Origin: Candidatus Woesearchaeota archaeon
GTDB taxonomy: Archaea > Nanobdellota > Nanobdellia > Woesearchaeales > JABGUJ01
Reading direction: 5' to 3'
DNA length: 64,000 nt
Assembly: GCA_018646625.1 (NCBI GenBank)
Contig: JABGUJ010000002.1
Coordinates: 1-64,000 of the forward strand
Shown: positions 47,201-55,028 of the stretch, piece after piece
Position numbering within the stretch: the stretch's first letter is position 1
How the letters are laid out: every line of letters begins with the position of its first letter
Notes under the pieces: model-generated
The model's database searches: none
Seen by the model: only the letters and a program-made list of their open reading frames with translations
Told to the model about the DNA's origin: nothing
Translations under genes and position numbers: made by a program

Positions 47201-48927
47201 CTTCATCTTTCTCTTATGAAGAACAAACAGTCTGTTTTGAGATTTCCTATCCTTTAGATTCTGAACAGATTGATTGGCAAGGAACTTTACCAGATTGGTT
47301 ATTGTATGATGTTGTTGGTTATCTGAATACTACGGTTCATTGGTTGAATGAAGCAATCGAGTTCTTAGATGAATATATTATTACTTATGTCTTGTATGCT
47401 TGTGTATTCTCATTACTCGCTAAGACCGCTTGGGGAATATTTAGAAGAATTGCTTGTCATTATTCTTTGAAAGGTAAGACTTTTACAACTTTTGCTAAAA
47501 AGATAGATGATAAAAGTGAAAAACCTAATGTTAAAGGGGGGATTTATTGTCCGGGTAGCGAGATAACTCAAGCATGGATTGATAAGTGTACTCCTGGTCA
47601 GCCTTCATCCGCTACGCATGCTTGTTTTAGTGACATGTATAATCATCGTGTTTCTGCAGATTCTTCTGCTGGTGGAAATTTAAAATATGCTAACTTTGGT
47701 CAAGAAACTGCTAGCTCTAGTGGTGAAGGCGGATTCTCTGGATTATTTTCCAAAGCATTAGGTAAATTTTATTTTAAAGAAAAGTATGTTAGTGATTACG
47801 AACTAAAACACTGCTTCCCTTCCTGTTTTAGATCTTGGAATACTGAACAAGCATTGTATACATTATATAGATTCTTTTGTGATAGAGTTTGGTGTGCATC
47901 AACTCCTGCAAGATGGACTGAAGGTATGTCGGAAGATAAACTTTATACTTTATTAGATATTGAGAATAAGAATAGGTGTGAGGTTGATGATGGTAGTATT
48001 GGTGAACAAGCCATGAGAGGTAAATCTTGTTCTTCATATGATAAAGCACCGTATAATGCCAAAGGTGAAACATATGGATCTTTGATGAAGTCGACTGGTG
48101 CGAGTTCTACGAGACTAGCCATACTCACTACGAACAAGGGGGATGGATATGAACTGTCTACTGATGTTAATTTGGATAAACTATACTCCGATACAACTTG
48201 TTACGAATATAATCACGCGGGTAAAAAAGCACTTTATACTTTAAGCGCAACCCAAGAACAGAAAGCAGTTAAAATGTTGTATTGGTTCTTAGGTGATTAC
48301 AGCGCACCTAGAAAGATACCTGCAACAGGTACTGCACCTAATCATCTTAAATCAGCTTACTTTGGTTCTTGTGAGTATTTGTGCAGTAAGAAAGGATATA
48401 GTGGGTTTGGTTGTGTGGATTCTCAAGTGTGTTCCAATCCTGCAAAGACTAGAGCTGCGTATGTTGATACTAAAAGTCAGAAGCAACAATGTCCTACGCG
48501 AAATAATGATCCTAAATGTAAAGAATCTGGTCCGGGATGTATGCCTATGAATAAATGGAGTAAAGAGTTGTTGGATATGCCAACAGCTGATGAGCGTAGA
48601 AGTACGCCTGGAGAACTTATTAGCAGAGATCAAAAGACAAAGTATGGTCCGTCAGGTTGTGGTCGTTCGGTTGGTAGAACTTTGACTGAAAAACGATCCG
48701 AAACGTTTGATAAATTAACGGAGCCTAACCAATATAAGTGTCTTGGTGGTGAAGATGACTTTGCAAGTGGGAGATCAAAAAGAGTTTGTTGTTGTTGGTA
48801 TGCTCAAGATGTGCCTGAAGGAACTGGCTTAACTGAATATTATCCTTATGTTGATTATGAGTCTGGTAAAGTTATTGGTGTGGAGGCACTGAAACCTGAC
48901 GATCCCTCAGCTGGGAGTAGTCCATAA
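44212..48927 (+). CDS. Giant surface protein: FN3/Ig-like domains, P/G/Y/Q low-complexity linker, hydrophobic helices and Cys-rich C-terminus
   Basis: Signal peptide; FN3 signatures (INWTT, L..STEYYY, YEYGIRAVDAFGN, YRLGVAPVDRFGN); 1571 aa. Confidence 0.82.
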   Translation: MTTDLSEGRVKKVWWLIACLCIHLICVFPIAYALEINFYETQVGVDVAQINWTTDVDTLGWVNYTDDPLDATKFSVESPGGGKQNHSVSLTSLESSTEYYYAIWAEDVDGTQVHTETLQFTTGALDTTAPGKITNFTATAIDASTINLDWAMLLDDVDHYELFKNDSSYVNLSVDQNYYQDTNVVENTNYEYGIRAVDAFGNAGAIVKAEADTPNFIDFEIEYIEYEVKNLQAVVNWLTSKATTSKVWWGTSISMTTAVDLGNETEFTHSVTLQTDNPGVMYYFKVESCDADDCLVSDVYNFTTGNDSILYMNLTNIRNWENGMTYLHNAQYIDIEGITKSFTDMLVFVNDMVTPEFSTSTGHSGEFSFGDIALDVNESDIRNHLRFELTDTNGDKLNQHLFVDVDIIPPFLNISTEIPPFLYNPNFKFDAIMSEDGNVTVRVVPEVLPELGSIKDANMTVDEVEGNSIKLDWEDVEDEFTFLKGYAMYVDDLFIDVATTSEYTFEELKNNTQYRLGVAPVDRFGNIREDMSITTITTKEDGENFSGEFEEYNVYELLPFKSKAVRAGDNLYFTVELVNGRNSVEVIAQDLAGNQFVQNFSIVYDAEPPTPELVFPKDNANIYEIPAMDVDIEGVVNDPEAKLYLYVDCQLYSMGTVPAATPDENGKYAFEFSSVNLLVPNVILNIGNATGAPPPPSGSLFDFNAGQLIDQDDGATTFAIDTHNLIDVDSWDSWEANAPEARAEKVPGVFPGCTGPTNTHSYGKEYNVKAHIVAIDPVGRMGEVEAQYHIKNCLSGNFSFVPQVVQSRQEPAVLSARRIESGVERIGFYIQFEYVGDDEDVAITSPPSFEAMVDDEILKNEEPYKSAIELIPQSPSAVVPLGSNTFYVSYSLRRKDNVSFKYDITDSDGDHKSAFIKELKFPIKTIVRYQYTNPNAPSYGGSQAALGAPNTNPSATGAPPGYPNAGVPGGYNPNAYSQQQYGSGYGNSYGSFGTGYSSSFSYEEQTVCFEISYPLDSEQIDWQGTLPDWLLYDVVGYLNTTVHWLNEAIEFLDEYIITYVLYACVFSLLAKTAWGIFRRIACHYSLKGKTFTTFAKKIDDKSEKPNVKGGIYCPGSEITQAWIDKCTPGQPSSATHACFSDMYNHRVSADSSAGGNLKYANFGQETASSSGEGGFSGLFSKALGKFYFKEKYVSDYELKHCFPSCFRSWNTEQALYTLYRFFCDRVWCASTPARWTEGMSEDKLYTLLDIENKNRCEVDDGSIGEQAMRGKSCSSYDKAPYNAKGETYGSLMKSTGASSTRLAILTTNKGDGYELSTDVNLDKLYSDTTCYEYNHAGKKALYTLSATQEQKAVKMLYWFLGDYSAPRKIPATGTAPNHLKSAYFGSCEYLCSKKGYSGFGCVDSQVCSNPAKTRAAYVDTKSQKQQCPTRNNDPKCKESGPGCMPMNKWSKELLDMPTADERRSTPGELISRDQKTKYGPSGCGRSVGRTLTEKRSETFDKLTEPNQYKCLGGEDDFASGRSKRVCCCWYAQDVPEGTGLTEYYPYVDYESGKVIGVEALKPDDPSAGSSP

Positions 48928-48950
48928 CAGGCTTATCGGAAGTATGTAGT

Positions 48951-51900
48951 ATGAAATTTAATAAAACAAACAAGGAAATTGTAGCAATCGTTTGCATTTT
49001 CTTAGTTTGTACTTTGATGTTTGCTGTTCCTTCAACTCCCGCTTCTGCAGTTCCAAATCAAATGGAAGTAGTGTGTAAAGAAAAAGGCTTGTGGGGCATT
49101 TTTGGAGGAGATCCTGCCGTTGAGATTACTTCTGGAGACGCTGGAACAATTAAACCTGAAGATTTAGCATTGGCAGAATGGTGTGATTATAGTTATAGAA
49201 AACAAAATGTAAAATTTGTTACAGTTGAAAGTCAGAAACAATATCATCCGGATAGGTATAACGATGGTAAAGATTGGACTGCTTGTTTTGGTCAGAATAA
49301 TTGGTTGGTTGATGGATTTAAGAATCCAAAGGATGACCCTGATGATCCTGAGTTTCAGATGAAACTTAACCCTAGAAATAGTTGGCTTCTTTCATTTCAA
49401 TGTTTATGCATAGTGGGGATAAGAGATAGATTGGATTTATTAAGGGGAATATTAAGTGCGATAATGGCTTGTTTGATTTCAGTTAGAACTGCTACTTTTG
49501 CCGATTCTACTTTGTGTAAAGAATTGTTTACTACTTATGTTTGTGATCTTATTTGGGAGATCATTCAATGGATAACTAGGGGTTGTATTGGCTGGGGAGA
49601 AAACACTGAGGGCGCTGAATCTAATGGCCTTGTTGAGGTATTTAGTACTACTATTGGTGCGGCGTCAGATGCTGTTACATCCATAGGCGATGATGTTGCT
49701 TCAGATTATGGTAATGCTTTGGCTTCAGGCATCTTTGGTACTTCAGGTGATAATCTTGCAAGAGCTATTTGTTTATGGTTCTTTGGATTTGATTTTCCTT
49801 TAACTTTTGATACTATTTTAGATGCGACCTATGGTCAACCAGGTCAAACGTTAGTAACTTGTGACTTGGTGAAAAGTAGAGAATATCTTTATTCTATTCC
49901 TGGAAGTAAGAAAAACACCATTGAATATAATGTGGGATGTTTAATAAGAGCTGGATGTCCTATTGCTGATGCAAGAATAGAACTTGCGTGTGCAACACAA
50001 TTAGATGAACAAATTCACGAAGGTGTTGATTGTTCAGGACCTGATCCTATGGGTGTTGGAGATGGTAATAAGTGTGATTGTTATAATGTTGCATCGAATG
50101 TAGTAATTCCTCATGCCGTTTATGAGACGTTAGGTAGGATAGACAATAGACAAGTAAATCAACCGTCACCAGGTCCCAAATTATTAAGTATGCCATATAG
50201 ATATGATCATGCAGTCTTAAAGCTAAGATTGGATAAATCTGGACGACAGGTTGGTGGTGGCGCTTCAGGAACATTGGGTGTTTCTAAAGCTTACAGTCCT
50301 GAAGATTGTTTTCCTTCAGGTCATGAAGATGGTGAATGGTGGTTCCCCCTTAAAGATAAGACAAAAGTTCCTCTGGGTGGATGTTCAGTTAGTCCATCAA
50401 CAGGTGAATTTTTCTGTTCTACTTTGTCAGACTTGGGACTAAATGGTAGTGCTTATATTGATAAAGTGCGAATTAACGAGTTTAATGTTGGTGCCGGTGG
50501 TTATGGCCCTAGGCTTTATGATGGTCAATCATTAACTTTTGCTCCAAATATTTTCAAAGATACTGATGACGATTTATGTTTATTAGTTGAATTGTATGAT
50601 CAGAACGGTCAACCTATTCAATTAGATATTGGTGGTACACGTTCAACACGAGCAGCTATTTCAGTTAAAGGTCAAGGTACTCACGAATATCCAACTATGT
50701 TGGTTCGGAGTGTTGGTTCTGGTAGAACAACTACTCAACCGGTACCTAATTTTAGAACTGGTGTGAATGTGATATTTGGTTCACCTTCAGCAGTCATGCC
50801 TCCTACATCTGCACCTGCGGACCAGAAACAAATTGCGATTGAATTTATTGATGGTGGGGCGACTCCAAGTGGTAGTATGAAGTTTTTTGATCCTTATATC
50901 AAACCCACTGATACAATTGTTATTGGCACTGCTCGTAGATTGGTAGGCACCCAATGTAATAACTTGGAGACTGATTATTGTCGAAAACTTCCAGGCAGTC
51001 AAGGTTTAAGAATAAAACACCCGAGTTCTAATTTTGAATTTACAATTAGATCTGTTTCATTGACTGAATCAACCACTTCTGGGACTAACCCTGTTAGTGC
51101 AGTGGAAGGAACTATTACTGCTCCAGATGCTGCAACTGCTGCGAATACCCAAGTCGTTAAATGGGATATAAAATATAGGCTTCTAAGAATGTTGCCTGGT
51201 AAAATTGATTGTAGGACTGGATTCGATGATTCACCTACTGGTGTTGTTTATTCAACTTCGGGTCAACCTCAAATGTTTTTAACATCTATATATATTGCTC
51301 CTAATAATGTTGCAGGAACTGATTCAAATACTGCTAATTTAGTTTCTTGTGAACCTAATAAACCTGCAGTGACTAAATGTTTATGTGGTACTGTTGGCAC
51401 TTGTGAAGCTGGCAGTTATTGTTCTCTTGGTGAATCAATGTATTGTAGCGATACTCCTCAGTGTCCATCATTTAATGTGGGAGCTAGAACAATTGTAAAT
51501 CCTTTAGAAAACTCATTACAGGATTGTGTTTGTGGTGATCAAGATGGCACTTGTACTCAAGACAAATGTTATCCAGCACCAAACGCTCCACCAACTTGTA
51601 ATTCTATTCCTGCTTGTAGATCTGGTGAAGATATTACTGGTGAAGGTGATGGTATTGATCCTGTTTGTGATTGTAAACTTGACGGTGTGCCGAATGTAGA
51701 TGATTTTGGAAGTCATGCTGCTGAATCTGATAATAAAAAAATAAAAAAATTAGTATGTTGTGGTAATGGTTATGTCCACGAAAACTCTTGTCCAGGCCAA
51801 GTTCCTGATTGTGGTGGGATGTTTTCGGGTACTGGTGGATGTATAGAGCCTGCCATGATTGAGAGATTTGGTTGTACTTCCGGAACCGATAATATGGCGA

Positions 51901-52121
51901 TCGGGACGAGTTGTGCATCTCCTACATCTATGTGTTGCAAGAAGGTATGTGATTGTGGTGTGAATGAGAAATGTGATGTTTCTGGTAACAAGTGTATTTG
52001 TGGGGATCCTTCATCAGGTGGTAAAGCATCGAGCGATAAGACTGTTGCGGCCTGTTTGTTAGAACCTACTACTTATTGTGGAACCCCAACCAGTCCAGGT
52101 TGCACTTTACCTCCTCCTTAA
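48951..52121 (+). CDS. Large secreted Cys-rich protein
   Basis: Signal peptide; CLCIVGI motif shared with 12513..17159; C-terminal array of small disulfide-rich modules; 1056 aa. Confidence 0.8.
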   Translation: MKFNKTNKEIVAIVCIFLVCTLMFAVPSTPASAVPNQMEVVCKEKGLWGIFGGDPAVEITSGDAGTIKPEDLALAEWCDYSYRKQNVKFVTVESQKQYHPDRYNDGKDWTACFGQNNWLVDGFKNPKDDPDDPEFQMKLNPRNSWLLSFQCLCIVGIRDRLDLLRGILSAIMACLISVRTATFADSTLCKELFTTYVCDLIWEIIQWITRGCIGWGENTEGAESNGLVEVFSTTIGAASDAVTSIGDDVASDYGNALASGIFGTSGDNLARAICLWFFGFDFPLTFDTILDATYGQPGQTLVTCDLVKSREYLYSIPGSKKNTIEYNVGCLIRAGCPIADARIELACATQLDEQIHEGVDCSGPDPMGVGDGNKCDCYNVASNVVIPHAVYETLGRIDNRQVNQPSPGPKLLSMPYRYDHAVLKLRLDKSGRQVGGGASGTLGVSKAYSPEDCFPSGHEDGEWWFPLKDKTKVPLGGCSVSPSTGEFFCSTLSDLGLNGSAYIDKVRINEFNVGAGGYGPRLYDGQSLTFAPNIFKDTDDDLCLLVELYDQNGQPIQLDIGGTRSTRAAISVKGQGTHEYPTMLVRSVGSGRTTTQPVPNFRTGVNVIFGSPSAVMPPTSAPADQKQIAIEFIDGGATPSGSMKFFDPYIKPTDTIVIGTARRLVGTQCNNLETDYCRKLPGSQGLRIKHPSSNFEFTIRSVSLTESTTSGTNPVSAVEGTITAPDAATAANTQVVKWDIKYRLLRMLPGKIDCRTGFDDSPTGVVYSTSGQPQMFLTSIYIAPNNVAGTDSNTANLVSCEPNKPAVTKCLCGTVGTCEAGSYCSLGESMYCSDTPQCPSFNVGARTIVNPLENSLQDCVCGDQDGTCTQDKCYPAPNAPPTCNSIPACRSGEDITGEGDGIDPVCDCKLDGVPNVDDFGSHAAESDNKKIKKLVCCGNGYVHENSCPGQVPDCGGMFSGTGGCIEPAMIERFGCTSGTDNMAIGTSCASPTSMCCKKVCDCGVNEKCDVSGNKCICGDPSSGGKASSDKTVAACLLEPTTYCGTPTSPGCTLPPP

Positions 52122-52798
52122 AGCTTTCCCGTCTGAATCGCCCAGTCCCTTACTCTAATTGCATAGGGGTCTCTAAGTCTGATACCTTTTTCTATGGCTT
52201 TTTCTGCTTCGATTTTGTTGTTATCGAATAAGTAGCAGATACCAAGTCCTCCCCACGCATCTCCATCACGAGGATTTAGTTTAAGTGCAGTTTCATATGA
52301 TTCTATTGCTTTATCCAGAAGTGGCCTCCTACTTCTTATGTGTGCTATATAGTGGTTAAGATAAGAATCTCCTAATCGGTTCCAGGCTCTTTGTTGTTTA
52401 GGATCTCGTTTAACTATACCTTCGAAAACATCTGCTGCAGAAATGTAGTCCTTTGCATTGTAAAGAGTTTCTGCAATGTGATATAGATCTTGCATCAATG
52501 GTTCAGTTCTGCCACCTTCGCTTCCAGAACTTTGATTTACTTTTGTAATAATTATTCTCCCTTGAGCATCTCTAACAACAGTGTGGGCGGTACCATCACT
52601 TCCTCTAACAGTTCGAGTATAAGTTCTATCCCCAGTACGATGATCTTGTGTTGTAGTAGTAGTCTCGCGAGGTTCATCAGCATGAACAGGAGTAGAAATT
52701 GTTAACATGACTGCCAAAGCCAAACCACCTAATGCTGCGCCAACAATCGGTCTAAACAAACGACCTTCCAAATCTCCAGAACTCGAATCAGTAGTCAT
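52118..52798 (-). CDS. TPR-repeat protein with an N-terminal signal/TM segment
   Basis: AWNRLGDSY and AIESYETALKLNPRDGDAWGGLGICY follow the TPR consensus. Confidence 0.82.
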   Translation of the reverse strand: MTTDSSSGDLEGRLFRPIVGAALGGLALAVMLTISTPVHADEPRETTTTTQDHRTGDRTYTRTVRGSDGTAHTVVRDAQGRIIITKVNQSSGSEGGRTEPLMQDLYHIAETLYNAKDYISAADVFEGIVKRDPKQQRAWNRLGDSYLNHYIAHIRSRRPLLDKAIESYETALKLNPRDGDAWGGLGICYLFDNNKIEAEKAIEKGIRLRDPYAIRVRDWAIQTGKL

Positions 52799-52822
52799 TA
52801 TAGAGTGACAAGTCTAAGAACT

Positions 52823-53233
52823 TTATAAATATTTCGTCAAAATTTGCTTTCTGGCCCTTTCGAGTCTGCCTAATATCTCTTTAGCACCATTAATTGAGAT
52901 TTCAACACCATAATAGTTTATTTTGTTTCTTATTCTTCTTGCCTTGTCGAATTCAGAAGCCAGATCAAAATCAAATAATACTTCTTTCAGAAAAGAAGTA
53001 TAACATTCGTGGTTATAAATTTTGTAACCTGATCTAATGGATAATGCTTCAAGAATTTCTCTCAATGCTTCATAGTACAATGATATTTTACTTGTCGCCG
53101 TAGTGCTATTCAAAGGTAATAATTCTGAAGAAGAAACTCTTTTTTCTGATGAATTAATTAGAGAGTTAAATAAGGGACAATCAAATGATATTGATTTTGC
53201 AAGTTTTGTTGACAAACAATCATTCCAGTCCAT
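52823..53233 (-). CDS. HEPN-domain protein (MNT-HEPN toxin-antitoxin partner)
   Basis: YYEALRE..EAL...GYK..NHE and RRIRNKINYYG (Rx4-H position reads RNKINY); immediately downstream of the MNT gene. Confidence 0.75.
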   Translation of the reverse strand: MDWNDCLSTKLAKSISFDCPLFNSLINSSEKRVSSSELLPLNSTTATSKISLYYEALREILEALSIRSGYKIYNHECYTSFLKEVLFDFDLASEFDKARRIRNKINYYGVEISINGAKEILGRLERARKQILTKYL

Positions 53234-53234
53234 A

Positions 53235-53714
53235 TTAATTGAGTTTTAATCCTTTTTGGATATTTTCTTCGAGGGCAGAGTAACTTTCTTTGAAATGTAT
53301 CTCTATCTTTCTGTTAAATAATTTTTCGAAATCTTCAACATCAATATCTTGTTCTGTACAATTTACAAAGATATCTATATCGGATTCTTTTCTTGTCTCG
53401 AGTTTTGTTAATGAACCGAATAACCAAATATCTGGTTCATTTAACTTATTGGATAAATGCTCAACTAGTTTCATAAGTTTAACTGACCAATATGCTAGAG
53501 AAATATGTTTTAAGGCTAAACTATTTCGATTAGTGCGGAAAAGTAAATGATTTCTTTCCAATCTACTAGCTAAAATTCCTTCTTTCTCAAATCTTTTCAA
53601 CCAATCTGATGCGCAAGGTGGTGATATATTAACCAATCTAGAATATTCTCGTACTCCGCTCTCTAAGTAACTATCTTCAAAGAATGGTTGTAGTCTGTTA
53701 AAAATGTCTAACAT
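53235..53714 (-). CDS. wHTH plus minimal nucleotidyltransferase (MNT) antitoxin
   Basis: VREYSRLVNISPP..S..LK..EKEG HTH; LFGSL......SDIDIFV Pol-beta-type motif. Confidence 0.85.
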   Translation of the reverse strand: MLDIFNRLQPFFEDSYLESGVREYSRLVNISPPCASDWLKRFEKEGILASRLERNHLLFRTNRNSLALKHISLAYWSVKLMKLVEHLSNKLNEPDIWLFGSLTKLETRKESDIDIFVNCTEQDIDVEDFEKLFNRKIEIHFKESYSALEENIQKGLKLN

Positions 53715-53753
53715 GTGTTAGAAATATATTACAAGGTATATTAACCTTTCTAT

Positions 53754-54275
53754 TCACTTATATCGATAATATCTAAGTCTTTTAGGCTTTTTATCGTAGA
53801 ATAGAAGCAAATAAACAGCTAAACCAACTAGAATTATTATTACAATTATACCTAATCCCAACCAGAAATCTGATGATCCCGATCTGGCTTTAGTCATGGT
53901 TGCTGCCTTTTTAGAATCATCTCCTAAAGAAAACGATTCTGAGCATTTGTAATCTCCAGCATCTAAATGTAATGTTAATTTAGAAGGTTTTCCTTGAGAA
54001 CAATCAAGTTCATTTAGAAACATAGTTGCTGGAGCATTTCTTGGAACAAATAATGTCTTTTCAACACCTGTGTCGAGTTCGACAATAAATCCATTAAATT
54101 CTTGAAAACAAGGACCTGTTCCACACTCTTCACTAGTTATTTCAACATTAATATCAGAAAAACACGCATCACTTTCTTTTATGCTTGCTATGTTGAATTT
54201 AATATCATCACATTGGGCATACACAAAAGTAGAAAGTACAATAAACAATGCTAAAACGAGTAATGTTTTTCTCAT
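53754..54275 (-). CDS. Secreted single-pass Cys-rich membrane protein (paralog A)
   Basis: Signal peptide, 6 Cys, C-terminal TM and basic tail; aligns by eye with 54308..54868. Confidence 0.75.
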   Translation of the reverse strand: MRKTLLVLALFIVLSTFVYAQCDDIKFNIASIKESDACFSDINVEITSEECGTGPCFQEFNGFIVELDTGVEKTLFVPRNAPATMFLNELDCSQGKPSKLTLHLDAGDYKCSESFSLGDDSKKAATMTKARSGSSDFWLGLGIIVIIILVGLAVYLLLFYDKKPKRLRYYRYK

Positions 54276-54307
54276 ATGGCTGTGTATCGAGACTTTATTT
54301 ATATAGT

Positions 54308-54868
54308 TTATCTTTTATCTCTGATTACAAGGAAATACATTGCTACACCTACAAACAGTGTTAGACAAATAAGCAAAAAGCCAACGACGTCGTTATCCAC
54401 TCTTTCCGGTAGTTCCTCTGTTTCTTCAGGAGTTTCTTCAACCACTGCTACAGATTCTTCTGGCTCTTCTTCTATCTTAACAGAGCTATATAGTTTGAAT
54501 TTAGCTAATTCTTCATCGAAATCAAAACGCTGGAAGCAATTAACATAATCATCTTCTATTCCGATCGTTATCACTTCAGGTATTCCTTTTTCGCAATGTC
54601 CATCTTTTAGTAAAACAAAATACGGATTAGTTGTTGGAATTCTTAGTCTCTTTTCAAAACCATTATCTAAATTTAGAAAGAAATTATCAAATTCAGTAAA
54701 ACAATCTTCTTTACATTCATTATCTTTGTCGATCTGTATAAGTATATCTTTGAAACATTCACCATCGTGGCTTATGTTCTTTAAAGTATAAGAAATTTCA
54801 TTGCACTCTGCAGCGCCTACTGTGAAAACTAATGTTAGTAGAATTAAGATTAATATCAATCCCCTCAT
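54308..54868 (-). CDS. Secreted single-pass Cys-rich membrane protein (paralog B)
   Basis: CFKDI...CFTEFDNFFLNLDNGFEKRLRIP versus CFSDI...CFQEFNGFIVELDTGVEKTLFVP in paralog A. Confidence 0.75.
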   Translation of the reverse strand: MRGLILILILLTLVFTVGAAECNEISYTLKNISHDGECFKDILIQIDKDNECKEDCFTEFDNFFLNLDNGFEKRLRIPTTNPYFVLLKDGHCEKGIPEVITIGIEDDYVNCFQRFDFDEELAKFKLYSSVKIEEEPEESVAVVEETPEETEELPERVDNDVVGFLLICLTLFVGVAMYFLVIRDKR

Positions 54869-55028
54869 TATGTTCCCTCCTGTTAATGATTAGTGTGAGT
54901 AAGGCAAAGGTGGTATATATAGTTTATTACTTTGGAGAAGTTTAATTTTTTCCAAGTGTCATTCTAGAATAGTCATAAAAGTTTATAAGGAAAATAATTT
55001 ATTAGTTTATAAAAGGGGTGACATGTAG

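Noticed and set aside
48920..48955. Stop-codon read-through or recoding joining the 1571-aa and 1056-aa ORFs
   Set aside because: The stop is TAA, the 23-nt gap is out of frame, and the second ORF has its own signal peptide.
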